Source: Eremomyces bilateralis CBS 781.70
Taxonomy: Eukaryota
Reading direction: 5' to 3' (one strand)
Length of the DNA stretch: 64,000 nucleotides
NCBI GenBank assembly: GCA_010015585.1
Contig: ML975151.1
In this document: piece after piece, positions 11,069-23,682 of the stretch
Numbering within the stretch: position 1 is the first letter of the stretch
How the letters are laid out: each line of letters opens with the position of its first letter
Made by a program: the position numbers and the translations under genes
The notes under the pieces: model-generated
What the model saw: the letters and a program-made list of their open reading frames with translations, nothing else
What the model was told of the DNA's origin: nothing
Databases searched by the model: none

Positions 11069-13418
11069 TTAAATTGAATACGCTTCGTGACTCATCTCAA
11101 ATCCGATCAGGTCAAAGCCGCCCTGAATCGTGACCATGTTCTCCATAGCTCCAAACGTGTCGTCAAAGATAGCGTCGTTGAACTCCGGCCGAGTTGCATG
11201 TAGTTGCATCCGTTGTGTTTCGTCCGGAATGACCTGTGTCATCGGAGTGTCCATCATGGGAGCCACCATCATGGCTCCAGAGTGCCCGATTGAACCGTTC
11301 CCACCAAGTTCTGGTACTCGGACGTCCGGGACCGGATTTCCCGCCATGTCCGCAACCATTGCTGTTACAGCGGCCGATCCCTCTTCATTTCCATCCACGG
11401 ACATGAACAGCCCACGATTGAGTTGCTTGATGGCTCGACGAGGCTCGTACTTACTCTCCTTGATTGATTCGAGGACCGACTGCTTGACGGCTTCGTACAT
11501 ATCGCGATATTTCTTGGCTCCCGGCCAGCGCTCGGTGATGATGTATAGGACGATGCTGCAAGCATTCATGTCATTTGATGTGGTGATGCTGAAGACTTCC
11601 GATGGTGAAATCCAAGTACAGTAGACCAAAGTGAGACCTAAACGAATTAGCACATTGAAAATGAAATCTGGAGGGCGAAAACCGACCCGCAAGAAACACA
11701 GAATGCAGCGCCATGAGAGAAAACCCGACCGAGATGCTCTGGTGGAGCTTCTTGTACGTCTGGCAAACTCCTCCGCAAGCTTCCGCACATTTCATGATCA
11801 AACTAAGCGGCAGCTTTGGACCGGAAAGGACCGGATGCAGTAAGAACCGGAGGCACTTGTAATAGTACACCATGTAGTAGCCATACCCGTCTATGACTTT
11901 TGTGTCGGTTGTGGTAGTAGCCTTGTCGGCATTGTGTTCCCGTGCGTCTCTAGGGATCCGGTCTCTCCAATCGTCCAACTCTTTGATGAAGGTCTCGACA
12001 TCCGACTCGGAAGCACCCGAAGGCCGGTCAACACGGTATATGGTTTGTTGAATCTTGGATTCGATGCGACGTAGACAGCAGATGTGGATGAAGCAGCTGA
12101 GCGATGTGGACACAGCAGGCGGGTCGCTCTCGGATTTGGTTGCGACCTGCGCGGCCTCGAAGACTGCCGCGTCCTGGACGGATTCGTCGACATCGAGGGG
12201 TAGTTCAACATCGATATCCTGATCCGAAATGGCAAATGGGCGGCCTAGAATGATGGATATTTGTCGGTCTAGACAATAGCAGGTCCAGAAGATTCTCTTT
12301 CGCATCTCGTCTTCCAGGATCGAAAAGCGCTTGGGAGGACTCCGGCGGTGCATACCGAGGTCGATGCAAGTCCTCATAGCCAATCCGATACAAGTCCACG
12401 CTCCAGGCCCTTGGGGCGCCCTCAGGCTATAGATAGCGAGGAGGATCAAGATCTGGACGGAACGCACGTCGTGGTACTGGAGGACCTCGTCGAGATGCTC
12501 AATCCCTGCATCGTGATGTTTTTCGCAATAGAATGGCCCTGTCTGGCCAGTCGTCTCCAGGAACCGACCTCCGCTAGCATAGATGAGATGAAGTGCACTC
12601 TTCTCATACGGATCTGTGAGCGAGGCCCTACGAGTGTGTAGGATGCGGATGTAGTTGGAGTGAAATATCGGCCATCGGGTAGAAATGTGCTTCAGATATC
12701 CCTTGAGAAGCCGGTTTGCGGTGTCCTGCGGAATGCTTGCCGTTTCAACATAAGTATCTTCAATACTTGCATACGACAGTGATCTTGGGCTTAAATGCTC
12801 CCCGGGCTGAAGGTCAGGGCCGAAGTGTTCTTTGCATTTTACCAACGACCCTACCAGCTTACTCATAGTAATGCTGGATGACGCGCCAATGTATCCGCCA
12901 CTAGCCTGAAGCGACAGATCCCGCAGAATGTCTACCACCCCAGTACCTTCTTCCGACCTTCCCTCCCCGCTCCAGTCGAGCACTTCTCTTTTACCGTGGT
13001 CAGACTGGGGACTCTCGACGTGCGGTCGTTTGGCCGGTCTACGAATCTCAGAGGGTTCGGAAGAATCGGAGTGGTGGGCGGCTCGAAGTTGACGCCAGCG
13101 GGACTGGCCTTCATCAGCGATTCTTTCTCGCATCAAGACGGCCTCAAGTTCAGCGACACGGTTCTTCGCGGCTTTGTAATAGTCATCCTGACTCCTAGAG
13201 AGCGGCCTCGTGGGCTTGATGTATTTGCAAATGGCATCGAAGCTGGCACAATTGGAACAGGAAGGTGTCCGGCCATCACATTTCTGCTTCCGAGTCTTGC
13301 ATCGCTGGCAGGCCACGGCGACCCGGGCACGTCGTGCCGTTCTGGGTCTATCAGCTGTCGGCCCGTCCATTTGCTCGAGCGGGTTCTCGGATATAGCTGT
13401 GGGCGGAGTAGTAACCAT
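11069..13418 (-). CDS. Zn(II)2Cys6 transcription factor with fungal-specific TF domain, UaY/Ppr1-like, 2 exons
   Basis: ACQRCKTRKQKCDGRTPSCSNCASFDAIC; LAMRTCIDLGMHR...RKRIFWTCYCLDRQISIILGRPFAISDQDIDVELP; intron ~11639-11688 gives HSVFLAG|LTLVYCTW. Confidence 0.92.
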
Positions 13419-13919
13419 GATGCTCTGGTTAAAGACGCGCTATCTTTTCACAGAATCGAAAAAGGTAGTAGTAGTCGAGAGAGATCCGGAGGAGATCCCA
13501 GGATATGGGATCCTCTCCGGCCTCGAAGGGAGATAGTCATATGTTGGGTCATAGTCGATTATGCAACGCAACTGGGATAGGAGAAAGATAAGGGAGGGAC
13601 TTGAGCGATAGGAGATAAGTTCATGTATTATAGTGTAGTGTCAAAAACGGCGGAGTGGAGCTGGGAGGTACATTTAGCATGACTCATGAGCACCGAGGGG
13701 AACCTGTGGAGAATATATGTATCATGGGCTCATGGCTCATGAGTGTCGAGGTAGTGTTAAAAATGGGCCTTAAGGCTTGGCGTTTGAAGAGCTTTGAATT
13801 GTCACGTGGTTCGACTTTCAACCGCTCCTCAATTTACGGAACAAACGACACCAGATCAAAATCCCGGATACTATCAGGTATTACATACACAACCGCTATC
13901 CCTAGACATCTATCCTCGA

Positions 13920-15800
13920 CTATAGGGTTCCCTTCTCCAGAAAAGCAGTCGGAATGTCGATATGCTTGCTACGTAAGTACTCCGCAATGAACTTCCCCAG
14001 GATATCATATGTTGCATTGGCAGTCACTCCCCGATCAAGGTGATCATGCAGCAAGAAATGAACCGCCCAGAGATTGGGAAACTCCATTCGATCGATTTTC
14101 TGGCCCTTGTAGTCCTCGCCCATGAGTTCCTTGAATTTCTCCGAGCTCAGCAGGCTTCGCAGCCACGGCCATTCCGACGCGTCGCGAGCGAAGAATCCGA
14201 CATTGCAGTTCGAGCCTTTGTCGCCCGCCCTCGCGTATACAACCCGCCCCAGAGGGGCACGAGTCGTTGGTCCGAACTCTCCTAGGTCCACTGCATTTGT
14301 TGTCTCGTACGACGGTTGCGTCCATGGGTGCTCGATGGTCTCGGCTGCCGGAGGTACAATCACGTCGTCGTGGCCTGGTTTCGAGAAGTGGATGATTTGC
14401 GTCGGTTGTGGAATCAAGGTTGGGAAGTACTCGGTATACTGACAATGATGTTAGCTCGATCTCCGCGCATATTCCCTTTTTGGAACACCTACTGGCTTTG
14501 GCACCGCCGTTCGGAGGTCAGCGTGAAATGTAGCGGCTGGATATGTGTGCATGTTCATATCGAGCGCCGGGCGTATGAAGTTGGCTTCCGACAATGCTTC
14601 TGCTTCCTTTGCCTGAGCGAACAGTCGCATATCCACTGTTGCTGCGTTCTGATTTCGAGGATTCTCTGATGCCGTGCCGTACACTGACACATCCCAGAGA
14701 CTGAACTTGGAGAGTCTGGCTGTGCCAAAGCTGTGGCGCAGCTGCGTTTCTAGTAGCTTGACCTTCTCGTCAATATCTAGCCCGACCATCGCCCAATGGA
14801 CTTCGGCTTGGTACCCTCCAAAGGCCGTAAGCCCCATTTTCGTCGTTGCCGGCGGTGGCCGTCCGGTAATGCCGGAGAGTCGGACTCGGTTTGGTCCCAG
14901 CTGCGTGAGGCTAGCCTGGTCGATGACAGCTGTGACATCGCAGTTGAGGTAATACATTCCCTGGATCTCGTACAGAAGCTGTTCCTTGCAGGTTTCCACG
15001 CTCACCAAGCCACCCGTTCCCTCGGGCTTCGTGATGACGACGCCTCCTTCGCTATCGATTTCTGCAATGGGGTATCCAAAGTTGTTGATTCCATTCCAGT
15101 CTAGGCTTTTCCACCCAGTGAAGTTTCCGCCAGTCACATAGACTGAGCATTCAATCAAGTGGCCGGCAATTAATGACTGCGCGAGTTGGTCATAATTCGA
15201 CCTCGACCATCCATGCCACCACGCGGCAGCTCCAATGATTGGCGAAGCATCTGCCACGCGGCCACAGATGACGATTGACGCACCTTCGCTGAAAGCTCTG
15301 GCAATGGCCATCCCGCCGAGATAGCACTGCCCGAACAGGGGCTCGAACTCCCATTCTGCGAGCGTCTTTCCGGTTGAAACATGTCGGTAGCTGGAAGGAT
15401 CTTGCTTCAAGTCCTCCTTAACTTGGCTCAGAACGGAATCGCCTTCAATCCACGCCACGTTCAAGCCCAGTCCCTTCTCTTCCACCATCTTGATGACCAC
15501 ATTATATAGCTCTTTTGTTGCTACAACTCCAGCGTTGCATGCAAGCTTAAGTCCTTTCTTAGCAATTCCTTCAAGGGCCGGCTCCAAGGCTTCTAAAAAG
15601 CTGTCTTCATAGCCAATCCCGAGTCCGTTTGCCACGTTGTAGGCTCGAGTTGGCATGTTCAGCTCGCTCATCCAGTCCCCGACGAGCACGTCGACCGACT
15701 CCGACATGTTGACCGCATTGGAAAGGGCATCGCGTTTGTCACAAGGTGAGCCAGAAATGTTCATAATACGCACAGGGCGCGTTGGAGGATGGGACACCAT
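13920..15800 (-). CDS. AtuA-like / DUF1446 family protein, 2 exons
   Basis: VRIMNISGSPCD...DVLVGDWMSELNM...GASIVICGRVADASPIIGAAAWWHGW...AGHLIECSVYVTGGNF...EQLLYEIQG..YLNCDV; C-terminal PLGRVVYARAGDKGSNCNVGFF. Confidence 0.88.
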
Positions 15801-16438
15801 GTTGTCAATCTAGCAAAATCACAGTATGTTGGGGGAGGAGATGAAAAGGTGTATGTGAGCACTATTCAATTCTCTGCAAATATCAAATCTCGGTCTTATG
15901 TCTAACAGCAATAGATAGCAGTCTTGCCATATTATTGCCATTCGAACCCCACCGGAGCCGTTTGCGAGTTCGGATGTTTCTGGCAGCCATCCGGCAGGGA
16001 CCATGGACGGCAGCAGAATCCGCTCGCGTCCGCTCATATGTTTCCCAGGTTGGAACCGGCGGGGTTATGCGTAGTTCTGGAATTGACATTGTCGATGCCT
16101 TGAAATCGTTATCATTTCCCGTCGGTACCTAGACTCCGCTACGGACGATTAGACCGAACCCGCTACTATAGAAGACCAATATCTAGAGAAGATCGAGATC
16201 CAACGGAATGGTGAGCTGACCGTCGCTCTTGGAGTGCTCCGTATGTATCCTGCCAGTCGCGGATAACGAATCATGCTAATCGTGCAGGTGTCACAGGTTT
16301 GACTACGTTCTTTAGCATGATCGGAAAATAGAATGTACAGCCAATGGCCGTATTACAGCCCTTGAAACCAGGGTTCCGTTTCGTTAGGTATCTCGGTCCC
16401 GATCTGGACTCTAGATCCAAAACATCCCGGTCTTCCGA

Positions 16439-16453
16439 CGGAAGTGCTCCCGA
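16439..16453. promoter_or_regulatory. CGG-N8-CCGA site in the divergent AtuA/OYE promoter
   Basis: CGGaagtgctcCCGA preceded by TTCCGA, the same TTCCGACGGA junction as at 10955-10964. Confidence 0.55.
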
Positions 16454-16687
16454 CAGGACAAAGCTGCATCACGTGACTAGACTGAGGGTCGGCATGCCGA
16501 TCCTATAGCGAAACAACCTATGACATAGTGTCTATTACGGAATACAGGACCACAAATTAGGTAACATGGTCCGCACGCTAACAAAGGTCGGTATACTTTT
16601 CTCCAAGTCTTTCCGGGCAGATGCGTTGAACACCATCTCAATCCCATGCTCGTCCCTAATTGAGGTGTTTAACTAGCAACGACAGCG

Positions 16688-18102
16688 ATGGCCTCTACAC
16701 GCTCCCAACCGCTTCTATTTCAGCCACTGAAAATTGCCAATGGAACGATTGAGCTGAAACATCGAGTGATTCTGGCCCCCCTAACTCGCAATCGAGGAGT
16801 TCCCGTTTTCGAAGATACCCCAGAGAAGCCAAACCGAGACTGGTATCCCGATGAATTGGTTACTGAATACTATCAGCAAAGAGCAACGGAAGGTGGCCTT
16901 CTGATTAGCGAAGGTTTACCGCCGTCTCTACAGGTACTTTGTTTCTTACCCCACGGGCCACCTTTCCATCCGTAACTGATATCCCACTCTTCAAGGGCGG
17001 CGGAATGCCGGGCACCACCGGTTTGTATCTCCCCGAACATATTGTCGGTTGGAAGAAAGTCGTCGAAGCAGTACACGCCAAGGGCGGATACATCTATGCC
17101 CAATTGTGGCACTCTGGTCGCACAACCATCGCACCAACCACCGGCCTGCCGAGTGTCGCGCCATCAGCAGTGAAATGGGACGATCCAAACGAAGAATACC
17201 CGTACCCGCCGCCGGGCCACGACAAACGGGCCAAGTACCGAGATCATCCGCCGGTTGAATTGACCGTTAGCGATATCAAGCGCGTCATTGGCGAGTACTG
17301 CGAGGCTGCCCGTCGTGCAGTTGAGGAATGCGGTTTCGACGGAGTTGAGGTCCATGGAGGGAATGGGTACCTCCCAGAGCAGTTCCTGTCGTCCAATGTC
17401 AACATGCGGAACGATGATTATGGTGGAAGTCCGGAGAAGCGGTGTAGATTCGTTGTAGAATTGATGGAGGAGCTAGCCAAGACCGCCGGGCAAGAGAAAG
17501 TGGCACTCCGGTTAAGTCCTTTCGGGCTATTTAACCAAGCCCGGGGCTCGCAGAGGATGGGGACGTGGAGCCACCTCTGCAAAGAACTTAAGACGAAGAT
17601 TCCGCACATGTCTTACGTGTCATTCATCGAGCCGGTATGTTGTTCCCTTTTTCGTGCACACTTGAGGTTAAGCTGATTGATGGACTGCCAGAGATATGAA
17701 CAGGTCTTCAGCACGGCGGAGAAGGACTCATTTCTCGGGTCATGGGGTCTAGAAACTGTCGACCTTTCCCACTTCCGGAAGGTTTTTGGCGACACTCCAT
17801 TCTTCAGTGCCGGAGGCTGGTACGACGGAAACTTTTCGGGAGTTTTGGAGTCCGGCCGGTACGACGCCTTGTTGTTCGGGCGCTGGTTTATCAGTAACCC
17901 TGATCTGGTTCGCCGGTTAAGGGAAGGTTTACCGTTGAGGATGTATGAGCGGGATAGATTTTACGGGCCGTTTCCAGACAGGGAAAGAGGCTATACTGAT
18001 TATACTGCCTGGGATGTGGAAAAGGAACACAGTGCAACCGTGGACGGTATAAAGGGGGACGTTGCAACTACTTCTACAGTTGAAGTAAAGGCATCAGCAT
18101 GA
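16688..18102 (+). CDS. NADH:flavin oxidoreductase (old yellow enzyme family), 3 exons
   Basis: HRVILAPLTRNRG...YYQQRAT.GGLLISEG...IYAQLWHSGR...GFDGVEVHGGNGYLPEQFL...RNDDYGGS.EKRCRF...GRWFISNPDLV; catalytic HxxNxY present. Confidence 0.93.
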
Positions 18103-18564
18103 GCCGTACGCCTGAAGGGATGAACAGAATGAGATGGTCCTTGGTTGCGGACTCTAAATGGGCATTTTCGGGTTTTCGATTTTCATTAATATATGGCATC
18201 CTTCGAAGAACAGTCTGGAGGCGTGAAACCCTCCCGTGATCCGGTAAAACCATTCAGTGAATTATGTGCATGATGAAGCCTTTTTTAAAGGCGAGCTCTA
18301 CTCTAAACGTCCAATGCCGGTTTTCCGGGGAGAGGGGTGTGGCTGGGGGGGGGGGTGAACGGCCATGACATTAGAATTGAACTTCTGAAAGCTAGTCGAA
18401 CAACTTGTCCTTCCAATCGATGGATTGCAGGCTCCAGTATTCAGCTATGATTATGATGGAGTGCAAGTGGTGATATTGACTACATGATCCTACAGAAAGA
18501 ATTAATACAGCTCAAATGGCACTGATGCCAGAGGGTTTTCTTGAAAATAGTTCCTTCAATTCCA

Positions 18565-20194
18565 CTAGGTCTTAACTACTACGGGTTCCTTCCCAACCAC
18601 GACGCTGCCTTGTGTCAGAGGAACTTCAATGTCGTTCGTTTTGCTTTCACCGTTGGTTCCGTTCACACTCTCTTTTACCGCTTGCTCCGCTTTGAAGGCT
18701 TCGATTGTGTCCCCTTCAAACCCACTCCCCCACTTGAACTTGTGCCCGTAGTGATCATCCCTCAGACGAGTCTGACCCTTGACTCCATACAGGTTCTCCC
18801 GCAATGTACCTCCTTCCACGTCATAGTCTTCCCACATGAGACCTCTCTTTACTAACTCGGGTCGCAGAAGGTAGACAACGTCCTCGAATGTGCCAGGGCT
18901 GGTCACATAAGCAATGTTAAAGCCATCAACATCTGCTTCGTTGATCCACTGCTCAAATACATCGGCCACCATCTCTGGAGTGCCAACAGGGGCCGGATGG
19001 AAGCCACCAAGAGCCATGGTCTCGCCTAGTCTTCGAGGAGTCCAAGGTTCCGTGTTACCGGTTGCTTTGTTGAAGTTCTCCAAGAACGTATGGGTGGCGT
19101 CATCTCCAGGAGCATCTTTTAACTCAAAGACTTCGTCGAGCGGGAAGCGGGCCAGATCAATTCCGGTATAGCCAGAAAACTGTGCAAGACCGCCAACGAC
19201 GTCTGCGTCCTGTCTTGCCTGTTCATACTTCGCTTGCGCCTCTTCCAGTGTTCGTCCAATAATTGGGGTGATACCGACAAAGAACTTGAGAGATTGGGGA
19301 TCGCGCCCTTCGGCAGCTGCGTCGGCACGGATCTGAGCAATTGATCCGGCAGTCTGTGAGGGGACCAAGCCTCCAACATAGATGGCTTCAGCATGCTTAG
19401 CGCCAAATGCACGACCCATCTTGGATGTTCCGGCTTGGAAGAGAACCGGAGTGCGTTGAGGAGAAGGGTGAGTTTGGGAGGCGGCCGAAGCTTTCAGATA
19501 TTTGCCTTGACCCTCAATTAGTATCACGACTCTTCGATAACTGGAACACCGCAAACATACCCTTATGCTCAATTTTCTTCACCTTCGAGGGCTCAAAAGC
19601 AACTCTGTTCTCCGCGTCCCAGACAACCGCATCATCCGCCCAAGAGCTCTCCCAGAACTTATAGACCAGGTCCATGTATTCATGAGCCACTGCATACCGT
19701 TCATCATGCGGCACAACATCATCTGCACCCAACGCTGTCGCTGCGGCCTTGCTCCAGCTCGTGACAACATTCCATGCAACTCGTCCATTTGTGAGATGAT
19801 CCAAGGAGCTGAAAGTCCGTGCCAGAATGTACGGTGTCAGGTAGCTGGTGCTGCCGGTGACGCCGAAACCAACGGACTTGGTGACGGATGCCATCGCCGG
19901 AATGAGAACCATCGGGTCCAATCCAGCGGAATGTGCACCTGCACGGAGAATCGGGGCAGTGCTTCTCGAGTAGACATCAAAAAGAGAATAGGAATCCGCA
20001 AAGAAGATGAAGCTAATTTTTCCTTCCTCAGCGAGGCGAGCAAGATTCAGCCAGTATGGCAGTCGGTCTTTGCCGGAAGTCCGGTCGTATGGTGAGCGCC
20101 ATTGGCCTGGCGACATATGGGACCCAGTGCACGCATTTTCGAAGAAGTTGAGGTATATCCTCTTCTTTGGGGGGGAGACTGTGGGCGGAGACAT
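18565..20194 (-). CDS. NtaA/DmoA/DszA-family FMNH2-dependent (luciferase-like) monooxygenase, 2 exons
   Basis: LARLAEEGKISFIFFADS...DPMVLIPAMASVTKSVGFGVTGSTSY..PYILARTFSSLDHLTNGRVAWNVVTS...PSPQRTPVLFQAGTS..GRAFGAKHAEAIY...DGFNI...GTLRENL. Confidence 0.93.
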
Positions 20195-20486
20195 TGCGAT
20201 GGTTCGATAAGTTCTTCAAACGACTTTCTGAAGGGCGAATGGCTGCGTGAGGACCTCTTGCTATCAAATGGGAGCGTCAAAGGCTTATAATACGTATGGA
20301 GAAAGCAATTACTGGTCTATCGGCCCGGACAACCGTCTGCGGGTTTGAACTGCAGTAGGAGTCAGGCCAAAGGCCCGACTCGGAAACAGCCGCGAGCATC
20401 ACATTAGCATCTTACGATCTCCGGAGTTTGGAATCGATAACAAACGAAACTTAGGTGGACTGGGAAAGTAGTTTATGAGATGCCGT

Positions 20487-20521
20487 CGGCACATATTCCG
20501 ATGGGTCGGAGAGGTTCCCGA
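20487..20521. promoter_or_regulatory. Two TCGG-N8-CCGA sites 20 bp apart in the divergent monooxygenase/MFS promoter
   Basis: tCGGcacatattCCGA (20487-20501) and tCGGagaggttcCCGA (20507-20521). Confidence 0.6.
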
Positions 20522-20570
20522 TCGCTTGGATCAGGGTTCCCGATCGGTTGGATCAGGGGCTGATCAGGGG
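20513..20570 (+). repeat. Short tandem duplication (22-bp unit x2, then GATCAGGGG)
   Basis: ggttcccgatcgcttggatcag / ggttcccgatcggttggatcag / ...gatcagggg. Confidence 0.7.
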
Positions 20571-20809
20571 CTCCCTATTGGTCGTCCCCAAAGCGCTAAC
20601 CTGTTTAGGAACAGTGACCCATCGGGGGCTGCTGCGGGGTTTTTTGTACAGTTTACTACGGAACATGGGTAATAGGGTAATAGTTCGTTAACTTCTGAGT
20701 TCGTACTGTGTACAATCATACTCTGTACTCCGTACACTTGGTACTCTTGGCCGTTGGATAATTTCGTAAATTCTGTGATTTTTTCAAGACTTCAACGCTG
20801 CTGTCAACA

Positions 20810-22641
20810 ATGGCAGAATACCGAGAAAGACCACCCCAGGAATCTACGATACAGCAACCACAAGAACTTGTCGACACTCAAGACTATTCCAACCAATATT
20901 CATTCTCAAGACTGGTTATAATTCTTGCGGCGCTGGCATTTACTCTCTTTGTTTCTTTCATAGATCAAACCAGTGTTTCGACGGCACTGCCAGCAATTGC
21001 CAAATCGCTCGATGCGTACGAGTCGATATCATGGGTTGGCACCTCATTTCTGGTTGCAAATACGTCGTTTCAACTGATAAATGGCCGGTTAAGTGACATA
21101 TTTGGTCGGAAAAACTGTCTCATGTTAGTGTCTTGAAATAGAATAGCAAAAACATTTGCTGATTGATCAGGACTTGTATGGCTCTGCTTGCAATCGGAGA
21201 CTTGCTGTGTGGATTTGCAAAGACTCCAGCGCAGCTATATGTGTTTAGAGGAATTGCTGGTGTTGGTGCTGGTGGAATTAATAGGTAGGCGCCTCTTAAC
21301 CTTTGTATGGAATCATTGCTGATTAACGATTAGTTTGGTTATGATCATGTTCACAGACATGACGACCCTAGAGCAGCGAGGAAAGTACCAGGGACTTCTT
21401 GAGACCAACATAGCTTTAGGAAATGGAGTTGGACCCCTAATAGGGGGCGCCTTCTCACAGTCATCCGCAACATGGCGATGGGCATTTTGGTTCGTCGTGC
21501 CAGTCACAGTGATGGCAGCAGTGCCAACCTACCTCACTTCACCCAAAAGCAAGTTGGTGGGAAATATGTCTGAGAAGCTGAGAATGATAGATTATGGAGG
21601 CATGGTGCTCAGTCTCTCTTGTGTCATTTTCCTGCTTGTAAGTCAACCACTCCTAAATCATTCCAGTGCCAGAATAACCAAATAACAATTGACCAGATTC
21701 CCATTTCATCCGGCGGAACCACGTGGAGCTGGTCATCACCTCTCATCATATCTTTTCTTGTGATCGGAGCCTGTCTTGTAGTATTATTCGTCGTCTTCGA
21801 ATGGAAGTATGCCAAGTATCCAGTTATGCCTCTACGAGTATTCGACAGGCGTTCGGCAAAGATCCTCTTCATGCACAATCTCTTAACCGGCATAGTTTAT
21901 TACTCGGACCTTTATTACCTGCCGTTATATTTCCAAGTCGTCCTTGGCCATTCACCCTTGGAATCTGGCCTGCTTATCCTGCCACTTATCCTCGGATTCT
22001 CAGCATCTTCCACAACGGCTGGATTTCTCCTTTCCCGCCTGGGACGCTGCAATCCTGTTATCTGGGCTGGCTACGTGATGTGGACTGCAGGCGCAGGAAC
22101 CCACATCGCCTTCGGATCGTCGACTAGCATCGGAGTCACCATTGGATGTCTTTTGGTCGAGGGATTCGGTATCGGATTTTCGTTCCAGCCAGTTATGATC
22201 GCACTACTGGCTAATACCAGGAAAGAAGACCGAGCCGTTGTTACTGGAATGCGTAACTTTATCAGGACTGTCGGTGGGGCAATCGGACTGGCCATCTGCG
22301 CAGCAATTATCAACAACGTGCTGCAGGCTAACCTACCACCGTCCATGCCAAGTCAGAGCGGGATGGAAATGATCGGCAAGCTGGACCAATTGACTCCGGG
22401 GGAGCAGAGCGCACTCAGGGAGGCGTACATGAAGGGTTTGGACATTGTATTCCGTCTCGCTTGCCCGTTGATAGGATTCTGTCTTCTCACAAGCGCGGCG
22501 TTGACTGATGTTCCGTTAGCAACGGCACACGAACCGCAGGAGCAAAGCGGGCCTGCAATCGACGAGAAAGACTCGGGGGCTGCAAGTTCCTCACCTGCAA
22601 AAACTGAGATCACAATTGATGTGGACTTGCAAAGGAAATGA
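20810..22641 (+). CDS. MFS transporter (DHA2-like drug/H+ antiporter type), multi-exon
   Basis: FVSFIDQTSVSTALPAIA...WVGTSFLVANTSFQLINGRLSDIFGRK...LEQRGKYQG...GPLIGGAF...WRWAFW...YYLPLYFQVV...RNFIRTVGGAIGLAI. Confidence 0.9.
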
Positions 22642-22806
22642 CGATAGATATCAATGATATTTAACTAATAGTTAAACATTGTAAAAAGCATCCTTGAAAG
22701 CAAGCTATTTTGAAACCCTGCACTAGACTATGGTGGTTCTATGTGCAGTTTAATATCTACGGTACGGCACCATACAACATACCAGTGTCTCCAGTGTCTC
22801 CAATGT

Positions 22807-23682
22807 CTATTGGTATTTAGTCAGAAATGGAGACAAAGCTTTCGCAATGCCTTCTACATCTCTATCCGGCTCAAAATTGCCGCCAGTAATCTCAATCGCT
22901 TGAACTCCTTCTCTCAAACCATGGACATGTCCAAAGTACCTCCATAGAACATCGTCTCTTGCACACATCAGCAAGATTGGACAGGAGACCTGTTTATATA
23001 AATCCTCGCTTTTCTGAGCCCAGACTGCCCCGTAAATCAGCATCCGTCCTTTCCATGCCCGAATATGATCCACTGCTTCCCTCTGCCACAACGTGATGTC
23101 TTCACCAACCCCCATATTGCCGAGATACTCCCAGGTCTTCAACAAATGTGATCCATCCCGGGCCGGTTCGTTGAATGGCTTGAAGAATATTTCCTTCATC
23201 GCTGCTCTTTCTTCCACCGACATCACTGTTGGCCCGACAAGGCAAATAGTCGCCACGAACTCAGGATACCGGGCAGCAAATTCGACCGCGAGAACTGCTC
23301 CGGAATGGTGTCCGATGATATGGCATGGCGTCGTGCACCCATTGCCCGCGAGTCCGAGAGCTTCAAATGCTTGCATGAAGGTGGCGGAATACCATACCGT
23401 CCCTTGTTCTTCGATCTCCGCTATCGCGGCTTTCGACGGGTCGAAACTCCCTCCGAATCCGGGCATGTCCGGAGCATAGCATGCGTAGCCTTGCGATGCA
23501 TAGTATTGCATGAGTAACTCATAGCTTGCAGATGATGAAGCAGACTTGTGTAAGAAGATAATTGGTTCCTTTTGTATGGTGGTTTGGGTGGAAGGAAAGA
23601 TATATCGGTAGTGAATCTGGCCGTGGGAGGTGTCGACATACCCCTTTTTCAAGACTGGGGAAAGTAATTTCTGGGCAGGCAT
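22807..23682 (-). CDS. Alpha/beta-hydrolase-fold protein with atypical catalytic motifs, intronless
   Basis: KGYVDTSHGQIHYR...PIIFLHKSASSS...YAPDMPGFGGS...HIIGHHSGAVLAVEFAARYPE.VATICLVG...CPILLMCARDD; ATG at 23682. Confidence 0.85.
   Translation of the reverse strand: MPAQKLLSPVLKKGYVDTSHGQIHYRYIFPSTQTTIQKEPIIFLHKSASSSASYELLMQYYASQGYACYAPDMPGFGGSFDPSKAAIAEIEEQGTVWYSATFMQAFEALGLAGNGCTTPCHIIGHHSGAVLAVEFAARYPEFVATICLVGPTVMSVEERAAMKEIFFKPFNEPARDGSHLLKTWEYLGNMGVGEDITLWQREAVDHIRAWKGRMLIYGAVWAQKSEDLYKQVSCPILLMCARDDVLWRYFGHVHGLREGVQAIEITGGNFEPDRDVEGIAKALSPFLTKYQ

Noticed and set aside
18327..18356. G-rich tract with poly-G between convergent genes (G-quadruplex?)
   Set aside because: A single homopolymer with no supporting evidence of function
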